Shown here in pieces: positions 57,212-64,000 of a stretch of 64,000 bases of DNA (position 1 is the stretch's first letter; the number at the start of each line of letters is the position of its first letter). The position numbers and the translations under genes were made by a program. The stretch spans positions 32,001-96,000 of the forward strand of contig JAVJSW010000008.1 in assembly GCA_040219255.1 (NCBI GenBank), in the 5' to 3' direction. Below the pieces are notes generated by a model, which worked only from the letters and a program-made list of their open reading frames with translations, made no database searches and was not told the origin of the DNA. The DNA comes from Sumerlaeia bacterium. GTDB taxonomy: Bacteria > Sumerlaeota > Sumerlaeia > SLMS01 > JAHLLQ01.

Positions 57212-57232
57212 GGCCGCCTTGCGAAGGCGGCC
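57212..57232 (-). terminator. Terminator-like hairpin between convergent genes
   Basis: GGCCGCCTT-GCG-AAGGCGGCC with a pyrimidine run after it on the minus strand. Confidence 0.6.
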
Positions 57233-57239
57233 GGACCGA

Positions 57240-57533
57240 TTATTGGGCGGGCGGGATGATCTTGATTTCTTTGCCCGGCTTGAAGGTCACGACCTTGTGC
57301 GCGGGAATAGGATATTCCTTGCGGTTCTTCGGGTTACGGCCGATGCGGGCCTTGCGGGTCTTGATCTGGAAAACACCGAAGTCACGCACTTCCAGCCTCT
57401 GGTCGCGGACCACGATCTCCTTGATCGACTCGATGATGGTGTCGACGAGTTCGAGCGCTTCTTTGTCCTTCAACGGCTGCTCTTCCGTGGAAAGTTCTTC
57501 GGCGACGCGTTTGACGATATCCGCTTTAATCAT
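57240..57533 (-). CDS. HU/IHF family DNA-binding protein
   Basis: MIKADIV, FGVF, RKARIGRNPK and VTFKPGK. Confidence 0.95.
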   Translation of the reverse strand: MIKADIVKRVAEELSTEEQPLKDKEALELVDTIIESIKEIVVRDQRLEVRDFGVFQIKTRKARIGRNPKNRKEYPIPAHKVVTFKPGKEIKIIPPAQ

Positions 57534-57658
57534 GATGAAACCAGTGTTCCGCTCGGAGTGTTCGGTTTTCGTATTCCTTCGATAAGCCCAAAGGACCCCC
57601 CCGCCGCAAGACCTTTTCTGCAACAGATTTCCCCTGCCCCGGTTTGAGAATAGGAGGG

Positions 57659-58699
57659 TTATTCCGGTTCGATGCCGTATTCCCGGCACACCGCCAGGAA
57701 ATCTTCGGGAAGCTCATCCCTAAAGGTGAGCCAGCGACTCGCTTTGTTGGGATGCTGGAACTTCAGCCGCACCGCGTGAAGCATCATGCGGTGCGTGTTC
57801 TTGCGCTTCGCCACGCTTTTCTTTTTTCCCGATGGCCGCTCTTTCGGGTCGCGCGCCGCGGGAACGATCTTCCAGTACACCGGATCGCCCAGCACCGGGC
57901 AACCGGCGGCGGCGCAATGGATGCGAATCTGGTGCTGGCGGCCCGTTTCGAGCCGTAGCTCGAGGAGCGAGACGCCATTCTTGCGCTGCTTCACCCGAAA
58001 GTGAGTGATGGCTTCCCGCTCCTCGCCCTTCAGGGCGACCTTGCCCGCCTCGGGCATCGGGCCCACCACCCGCCGCACGCCGTCGGCGCCGATACCCAAG
58101 ACGTTGTGCCACGTGCCTGTGTCGCTCGACGGACCGCCCTGCACCAAAGCGAAGTAGCGGCGCTCCATGGTGCGGCCGGCCGCCTGCTTCTGAAGGATTC
58201 TTCCCGCGTCGACGGTCTTGCCGAGAACCATGACGCCGCTGGTCAGTTTGTCGAGGCGCTGCACGACGACCGGGTTGATGACGGGCTGTTTCTTGGCACG
58301 CCAGTAGTGCTTGACGATTTCGACGACGGGCTGGCCCCCCTGCTCGTCCTGAGTGGGTTGCACCAGAACTCCGGCGGCCTTTGAAACCACCACCAGGTCG
58401 TCGTCGTCGTGGAGAACGCGAACCCGCTCGGCGAGGGACTTCCGCTTGGGGGTGCCTTCGCCTCGCAGCCCATGCCGCAAATCGACCGCGAGGTCCTGGC
58501 CGGGCTCGAGGATCGTGTCCAGATCGGTCAGCGGCTCGCCGCCGGTGGTGACGAGGTTGTTGTTGACCATGAGCACGTAGGTGCGGCTGGGCAGGCCCGG
58601 CAAGAGCCGTTCGAGGAGCTGGCGCAATCGAAGCTCCGCCCAACGGTCTTCGTAGGGAAATTCGTAGAGCTTCTGGGGAAGAGAGAGTTTCTTGGACAT
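57659..58699 (-). CDS. RluA family pseudouridine synthase
   Basis: VVSKAAG, QRLDKLTSG, LETGRQHQIRIH, GDPVY and LHA. Confidence 0.92.
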   Translation of the reverse strand: MSKKLSLPQKLYEFPYEDRWAELRLRQLLERLLPGLPSRTYVLMVNNNLVTTGGEPLTDLDTILEPGQDLAVDLRHGLRGEGTPKRKSLAERVRVLHDDDDLVVVSKAAGVLVQPTQDEQGGQPVVEIVKHYWRAKKQPVINPVVVQRLDKLTSGVMVLGKTVDAGRILQKQAAGRTMERRYFALVQGGPSSDTGTWHNVLGIGADGVRRVVGPMPEAGKVALKGEEREAITHFRVKQRKNGVSLLELRLETGRQHQIRIHCAAAGCPVLGDPVYWKIVPAARDPKERPSGKKKSVAKRKNTHRMMLHAVRLKFQHPNKASRWLTFRDELPEDFLAVCREYGIEPE

Positions 58700-58873
58700 C
58701 AGGGGCGGCAGCGTACCCGCCGCCGCCCGCCGCGCAAGGGCAGATCGCTGTGGAGCGGAAAGAGAATCGCCGGCTGCTCCTCCAGAGTCCGATCGGGCAC
58801 GTTGGCGGCAAGCGAATCGGACTTGGCGCCGGGGCGCCCTCGCGCACACGATGGGGACTCAGGAAAGCGGGCC

Positions 58874-58901
58874 TTGACGTATCGCCTACCAAGTTAGTAG
58901 G
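58874..58901 (+). promoter_or_regulatory. -35 box plus palindromic operator upstream of sulfite reductase
   Basis: TTGACG (58874-58879) followed by CCTAC-N7-GTAGG (58885-58901). Confidence 0.55.
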
Positions 58902-58934
58902 AATTCGGCCGCACAACACGACCACGGAAGGTTT

Positions 58935-60689
58935 TTGACCGTGACTTCTCCCTCGGGCAATAGCGAGACTCCTCTCAAGAAAAGCAAAGTCGAAGAAATC
59001 AAGGAGGCCAGCAGCGGCCTCTATGGCACGATTCCCGACGAAATCGGCGCCGAGCACGTTTGCTTCAGCGAGACGAGCATCCAGGTCCTCAAGCACCACG
59101 GCACCTATCAGCAAGACAACCGCGACCTGCGTAGCGAGCGCCGCAAAGCCGGTCTCGACAAGGACTACCGCATGATGGTCCGCACCAAGACGCCCGGCGG
59201 CCTGATGACCGCTGAAGGCTATCTGGCCTGCGACGATCTCGCCAGCAAGTACGGCCAGGACGACCTGCGCATCACCAGCCGCCAGGGCTTCCAGTTCCAC
59301 GGCGTTCTCAAGGGCAACCTGCGCGCCCTGATCAAGGACCTGAACACCTTCGCCCAGATGCACACCAAGGGCGCCTGTGGCGACGTGGTGCGCAACGTGA
59401 CGTGCAGCAACGTGGTGGATATCGACCCCGCCTACGCGAAGCTCGGCGCCGACCTCTTCGCGCTCTCCACGAAGATCAGCGACCACTTCCTGCCCCAGTC
59501 CAGGAGCTACTACGACCTGTGGCTGGACGACGAGAAGGTCTCGATCGATGCCGATGGCAACGTGTCCTACAAGGCCAAACACGCGGCGAAGCCCGAGGAC
59601 GAACCGATCTACAAGCAAGCCTACCTGCCCCGCAAGTTCAAGATCGGCGTCGCCACGGATTTCGATAACTCGATCGATGTCTATACGAACGATCTGGGCG
59701 TGATCGCCTGCACCAAAGACGGTAAGATCACCGGCTACGAGATTCTGATCGGCGGCGGCCTGGGGCACAGCCACTCCAAACAGGACACCTACGCCCGTCT
59801 CGGCTCGGCCATCGCCAACGTCGCCGAATCGGAAATCATTCCCGTCATCGAAGCCGTCGTCGGCGTGCAGCGCGATTTCGGCAACCGCGAGCAGCGCCAT
59901 CAGGCCCGCATGAAATACACCATCGACGGCATGGGCCTGGAAGCCTTCCGCGAGAAGGTGCAGGAATATTACGGCAAGCCCCTGCCCGCGGCCACCGGCA
60001 TCGCGCCCAGCGCCCAGCCGGATTATTTGGGCTGGCACAAGGAAATCACTCCGGGCCTGAACTATGTCGGTATCTGGGTCGAGAACGGCCGCATCCGCGA
60101 TTTCGCCGATGGCATCAAGTTCCGCACCGGCCTGCGGAAAATCATCGAAACCTATAAGCCATCCGTGCGCCTGACCGCCCACCACAACATTGTCCTCTCG
60201 GGCATCGGCGACGCGGACGTGGATGCCGTGAAGGCCATCATGGCCGAGTACGGTCTGCCCACGCAGGACAGCATCAGCCCCCTGCGCCGGATGGAAATGG
60301 CCTGCCCCGCGCTGCCCCTCTGCGGTCTGGCGCTGGCTGAGGCGGAGCGCGAGATGCCCCGCCTCCTCAAGCAGGTCGAAGACCTGGGCCACGGCGACGC
60401 GGACGTCATCATCCGTATGACCGGCTGCCCGAATAACTGCGCCCGGCCCGCCTCGGCGGAAATCGGCATCATTGGCCGCGGACCCAACAAGTACAACGTC
60501 TATGTGGGCGGCAACCGCACCGGCACACGCCTGAACACGTTGGTCAAGGACACCATCACGGTGGAAGACCTGCCGGCGACGCTCGGCAAACTTCTGGGCG
60601 ACTGGAAGGCGGAACGCGAGGACGGCGAGGCCTTTGGCGACTGGGCCCACCGCGTGGGATACGAAGAGCTGACGGCGCGGCTGGCGTAA
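58935..60689 (+). CDS. cysI: Assimilatory sulfite reductase hemoprotein (siroheme/4Fe-4S; CysI/Sir family)
   Basis: HGTYQQD, TSRQGFQFHG, ACGDVVRN, YLPRKFK, ACPALPLC and TGCPNNC. Confidence 0.9.
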   Translation: MTVTSPSGNSETPLKKSKVEEIKEASSGLYGTIPDEIGAEHVCFSETSIQVLKHHGTYQQDNRDLRSERRKAGLDKDYRMMVRTKTPGGLMTAEGYLACDDLASKYGQDDLRITSRQGFQFHGVLKGNLRALIKDLNTFAQMHTKGACGDVVRNVTCSNVVDIDPAYAKLGADLFALSTKISDHFLPQSRSYYDLWLDDEKVSIDADGNVSYKAKHAAKPEDEPIYKQAYLPRKFKIGVATDFDNSIDVYTNDLGVIACTKDGKITGYEILIGGGLGHSHSKQDTYARLGSAIANVAESEIIPVIEAVVGVQRDFGNREQRHQARMKYTIDGMGLEAFREKVQEYYGKPLPAATGIAPSAQPDYLGWHKEITPGLNYVGIWVENGRIRDFADGIKFRTGLRKIIETYKPSVRLTAHHNIVLSGIGDADVDAVKAIMAEYGLPTQDSISPLRRMEMACPALPLCGLALAEAEREMPRLLKQVEDLGHGDADVIIRMTGCPNNCARPASAEIGIIGRGPNKYNVYVGGNRTGTRLNTLVKDTITVEDLPATLGKLLGDWKAEREDGEAFGDWAHRVGYEELTARLA

Positions 60690-60696
60690 GGTTCCG

Positions 60697-60731
60697 GGAG
60701 GCGGCCCGATGGGGGCCGCCTCCATGCTTTT
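60697..60731 (+). terminator. Intrinsic terminator after sulfite reductase
   Basis: GGAGGCGGCCC...GGGCCGCCTCC stem followed by a T-rich tract. Confidence 0.7.
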
Positions 60732-60989
60732 CCCCAACTTTTTCCATTTTTTCGGACATCAAGGTTTAAGTCCGTGACTTTTGCCCTTGACGTTGTGGGT
60801 GGTTATTTGTGCCCGTAAGGGCGGATGCCGAAATACACTTTCGAAACTGGCTTCCCACTCCCCTCCAAACGAAACGCTGCCCGCCGGGTTTTCCCGCCCG
60901 AGGGGTTTGGTTTGGCCGGGTTGTGTTCCTTCTCCCGCTCGCGTTGATGAACGCTGCAATTCGAACCCCGCTCCGAAGAGGTACCAGCA

Positions 60990-62543
60990 ATGCCCGAGTT
61001 TGTTCTCGATGACGATCCCACCGGATTCGCCAAAATTAAAGTCGTCGGTGTCGGCGGCGGTGGCTGCAATGCCGTCGACTCCATGTTCGACCTGGGTCTC
61101 CAGAATGTCGAATTCTATGTGGTCAACTCCGACCTCCAGGCCCTCAAGCGCACCAAGTGCCCCAACCGCATCCAGATCGGTGCGGAACTGACCCAAGGCC
61201 GTGGCTGCGGCGCCGACCCGAACCTGGGCGCGCAGTGCATGGAAGACGCCCGCGACATGATGGTCGAGACGCTCCAGGGCGCCGACATCGTCTTCATCAC
61301 CGCCGGCCTCGGCGGCGGCACCGGCACCGGCGCCGCTCCTGTCTGCGCGTCTATCGCCAAGGAAATGGGCATCCTGACCGTTTCCGTCGTGACCAAGCCC
61401 TTCAAATTCGAAGGCCCCCGCCGCAACAAGTCCGCCACCGGCGGCCTCGACCGCATGCGCGACGCCAGCGACACCGTCATCGTCATCAACAACGAGCGCC
61501 TCCTTGACGTCGTCGGCCCCAAAGTTCCGATGAAGGAAGCTTTCCAGACCGCCGACCGCGTTCTTTCCCAGGCCGTATCGAGCATCGCCGACCTCGTCGC
61601 GACGCCGGGCCTGATCAACGTGGACTTCAACGACATCCGCACCATCATGGGCGGCAAGGGCGGCGCCGTGATGGGCGTCGGCGTCGGCAAGGGCGAATCC
61701 CGCGCCACCGAAGCCGTCCGCAAGGCCACCAGCAGCCCCCTCCTCGACAAAGTCGTCATCGACGGCGCCACCGGCGTGCTCATCTGCATCACCGGCGGCC
61801 CCGACATGACTCTGCAGGAAGTCAGCGAAGCCACCGAACTCGTTCAGGCCTCCGCCGATCCGGAAGCGGAAATCATCTTTGGCGCCGTGATCGACGAGTC
61901 GCTCAACGACACCATGCGCGTGACCCTGATCGCCACCGGCTTCAGCGACGAACTGCACCGCAAGCGCGAGTTGGAGAAAGCCTTCCACAGCGCCCCCACC
62001 TATCCCGCTCACAGCCAGCAGCAGCCCAACTACGGCCCCGCGCCGGGCCGCCAGCCCGGCGCCCAGCCCCGCCAGGAATCACACGGCGGCTACTATGACG
62101 AACCCCAGGCCTCCCGCGCTCCGCAGGCGCCTCGCGCCTCTTCGAGCCTGCGCGAGTCCTTCGAAAACCTGGTCGAAGGGCCCGCCTTCGGCGGCGCCAA
62201 GGGCCAGCCGGCTCCCGCCCCCAAAGCCGAAGCGCCCCAGCCCCAGGTGATGGAAGCCCCCATCTTCGACGAAATGCCCGACGTGGCCCCGCATCAGCAC
62301 GACCCCTCGGGCCCGCAGATCCGCGTCGCGCCTTCACAGCGCACGGGCGCGCCGAACACCAACGGCACCAACGGCGGCCCCCGCATCCGCCCCGCCGGTT
62401 CGAGCGATCAGAACCACGTGAACCACGGCTCCGGTTCGTCCGCCTCCGTGCCGCAGTACAACCCGGATCAGGAAGAGCAGGAAGACCTGGACAAGCCGGC
62501 CTTCATGCGCCGCAACCGCCGTCCCCGCAACCTGTTCGATTGA
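60990..62543 (+). CDS. ftsZ: Cell division protein FtsZ with long disordered linker
   Basis: VVGVGGGGCNA, GGGTGTG, PFKFEG, GLINVDFND and C-terminal core DKPAFMR. Confidence 0.98.
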   Translation: MPEFVLDDDPTGFAKIKVVGVGGGGCNAVDSMFDLGLQNVEFYVVNSDLQALKRTKCPNRIQIGAELTQGRGCGADPNLGAQCMEDARDMMVETLQGADIVFITAGLGGGTGTGAAPVCASIAKEMGILTVSVVTKPFKFEGPRRNKSATGGLDRMRDASDTVIVINNERLLDVVGPKVPMKEAFQTADRVLSQAVSSIADLVATPGLINVDFNDIRTIMGGKGGAVMGVGVGKGESRATEAVRKATSSPLLDKVVIDGATGVLICITGGPDMTLQEVSEATELVQASADPEAEIIFGAVIDESLNDTMRVTLIATGFSDELHRKRELEKAFHSAPTYPAHSQQQPNYGPAPGRQPGAQPRQESHGGYYDEPQASRAPQAPRASSSLRESFENLVEGPAFGGAKGQPAPAPKAEAPQPQVMEAPIFDEMPDVAPHQHDPSGPQIRVAPSQRTGAPNTNGTNGGPRIRPAGSSDQNHVNHGSGSSASVPQYNPDQEEQEDLDKPAFMRRNRRPRNLFD

Positions 62544-62588
62544 TAGCACCCGATCATCAGCGCGAGTAATCGAGAGTCCCCTGACCGC

Positions 62589-62613
62589 TCCCCCGGCCGG
62601 GGGATTTTTCTTT
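62589..62613 (+). terminator. Intrinsic terminator after ftsZ
   Basis: TCCCCCGG/CCGGGGGA stem followed by TTTTTCTTT. Confidence 0.75.
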
Positions 62614-62660
62614 GCCCCTCGCGCGAATAAGTCGAATCCCTCGGCCGTAGGAACAGAGCC

Positions 62661-63236
62661 ATGAAAACCCTCCACCTCACCTGCAACCACTGCGGCGCGC
62701 CGCTCGATGTGGCGGAAAACGCCAACTTCGTGACCTGCGGCCATTGCGGGTCGCGGCTGAAGGTGGAGCGCACCGAGTCGTCCTACTCCACCTCGGTTCT
62801 GGAGAGCATCGACCGCCGCACCCAAGACATCCAGGAAGACCTGGAAAAGATCCGCCTTCATCACGAGCTGGAGCGCCTGGACCGGGAATGGGAGCGGAGC
62901 GGAGGGACGCCGCAAACCGCTCGCGACAAACTCCATGAGCCCACCCGGTCCAAGCCTGGAGGGCTCATCGCAGGCGCGGTGATTCTGTCGCTGACTTTTT
63001 CGGGAATGTTCGGCATTCTGCAGAAGGCGTTGTGGAGCGGGAGTTCGTTGTGGGCTGCTTTGGTGTCGGGCGTGTTTATCCTGATCGTGGTGGGCTTGGT
63101 GGTCTTGATCGGAAAAGAATTCTTCACTCACGTCCTCGACGGATACCACAACCCAACTCCGGAAGAAATCTACCGGAACCGCCGCGAGGAATTGCTGAAG
63201 CAATTGAGCGAACGCGAGAATAAGCGCGGCCGCTGA
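62661..63236 (+). CDS. Zn-ribbon + coiled-coil + 2-TM membrane protein (copy A)
   Basis: CNHCG...CGHCG, LERLDREWE and two hydrophobic helices. Confidence 0.85.
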   Translation: MKTLHLTCNHCGAPLDVAENANFVTCGHCGSRLKVERTESSYSTSVLESIDRRTQDIQEDLEKIRLHHELERLDREWERSGGTPQTARDKLHEPTRSKPGGLIAGAVILSLTFSGMFGILQKALWSGSSLWAALVSGVFILIVVGLVVLIGKEFFTHVLDGYHNPTPEEIYRNRREELLKQLSERENKRGR

Positions 63237-63452
63237 CCGTAAGGTTACCTAGCGAAAGGGCTCGCCTCTGTGATGAAGACCCTCCACCTCACCTGCAACC
63301 ACTGCGGCGCACCGCTCGATGTGGCGGAAAACGCCAACTTCGTGACCTGCGGCCACTGCGGGTCGCGGCTGAAGATCGAGCGCACCGAGTCGTCCTACTC
63401 CACCTCGGTTCTGGAGAGCATCGACCGCCGCACCCAGGACATCCAGGAAGAC
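62661..63452 (+). repeat. 180-bp direct repeat (62661-62840 and 63273-63452)
   Basis: Manual alignment gives 6 mismatches in 180 nt. Confidence 0.95.
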
Positions 63453-63845
63453 ATCGAAGTCCTGCACTTGCAGAACGACCTGGAACGCCTGGATCGCGAG
63501 TGGGAGCACGAGCGTGAGTCGCTTCTGATGTACGACAAACATGGGCGGGCGCATGAGCCGTCGAAGGCCACGACCATCGCTCAGGCAATCTTTGGCGTGG
63601 TGTTCTTGGTCGTCGCGTTCACTCTGGTGACAGGCGGAAATGCCTTCCGAACTTTTGGTTCGGCGCTGCCCAGCATGCTCTTCATGGTTGTGGCTGCCAT
63701 CGTGGTTTTGGGACTCGTGGCCGGTCTCTTCAGGTCTTTCGGCAAAGCTGGCCACTACGCCACCCGCCAATCGGATTATCATGCACGAAGGCATCGACTG
63801 CTCGCGCAGATGGAGCGCAAGCGCCGGCGCGGCTCCCGGCCGTGA
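63273..63845 (+). CDS. Zn-ribbon + coiled-coil + 2-TM membrane protein (copy B)
   Basis: Same architecture as copy A. The first 60 aa differ from copy A at one residue. Confidence 0.85.
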   Translation: MKTLHLTCNHCGAPLDVAENANFVTCGHCGSRLKIERTESSYSTSVLESIDRRTQDIQEDIEVLHLQNDLERLDREWEHERESLLMYDKHGRAHEPSKATTIAQAIFGVVFLVVAFTLVTGGNAFRTFGSALPSMLFMVVAAIVVLGLVAGLFRSFGKAGHYATRQSDYHARRHRLLAQMERKRRRGSRP

Positions 63846-63888
63846 ACTCGCTGCCAGATCGGAGAAATGCCGCTCCATTCCACAACCT

Positions 63889-63924
63889 CTCTGCAACCTC
63901 TGTCCTCTGTGCCCTCTGCGGTAG
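63889..63924 (-). repeat. Solo (CAGAG)n-type repeat end related to 29701-30005
   Basis: Minus strand reads CTACCGCAGAGGGCACAGAGGACAGAGGTTGCAGAG. Confidence 0.5.
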
Positions 63925-64000
63925 AATATCTTCTCTGAACCCTCCGTCGCCGATTTCACTTGAAAGCTTCCCGTCCGTATCCTATGACAGTGGCAATGAA

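Noticed and set aside
57720-60737. 1005-aa minus-strand ORF, and similar long ORFs 52729-55800, 49296-51122, 47406-49118, 2006-3985 and 31026-33185
   Set aside because: Antisense shadows of well-supported genes, caused by high GC3. They contain no recognisable motifs.
62661-63452. DGR template/variable repeat or CRISPR
   Set aside because: Mismatches are few, mostly synonymous and not adenine-specific. Both copies are gene 5' ends, and there is no reverse transcriptase or spacer array.
63960-64000. TTGAAA-17 bp-TATGAC promoter followed by ATG at 63996 (possible leaderless gene)
   Set aside because: Cut by the window edge, so it cannot be evaluated.

Overview
A GC-rich bacterial chromosomal window, almost fully coding, with no prophage, IS, integrase or CRISPR array. 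The pilin-like protein type and the GWxxY C-termini suggest the phylum Sumerlaeota (BRC1) or a PVC relative. That affiliation is my inference and is unverified. 1-14 kb is a carbohydrate-utilisation-like locus: GH38 alpha-mannosidase, stand-alone hydantoinase/oxoprolinase A subunit, permease, prepilin-type protein, phosphodiester glycosidase, sugar ABC transporter and two convergent paralogous secreted proteins. A shared TGCAA-N4-TTGCA operator-like motif occurs in two of its promoter regions. 14-30 kb holds envelope and lipid genes: two GT-C glycosyltransferases, lipid kinase, ddl, acyltransferase, a flippase-like protein, a pseudo-PAP2/kinase fusion and an ArsS-type radical SAM. 30-47 kb is mostly housekeeping: purA, tRNA-Phe, two Pal/OmpA lipoproteins, cls, ECF sigma/anti-sigma, folD, apt and a UbiD-family gene. 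47-57 kb is an apparent operon of a primase-type Zn-finger/TPR protein, two PilT ATPases, an orphan DNA methyltransferase and a large C25 (gingipain/PorU-like) peptidase. 57-64 kb holds HU/IHF, RluA, sulfite reductase, a stand-alone ftsZ and a tandem pair of Zn-ribbon membrane proteins. Best candidates for new biology are (i) a short C-terminal GWxxY tail on unrelated secreted proteins, possibly processed by the PorU-like peptidase, (ii) the ZnF-TPR/pilT/pilT/MTase/C25 operon, and (iii) the pilin-containing glycan-scavenging regulon. All assignments come from motif recognition by eye, and no searches were run.
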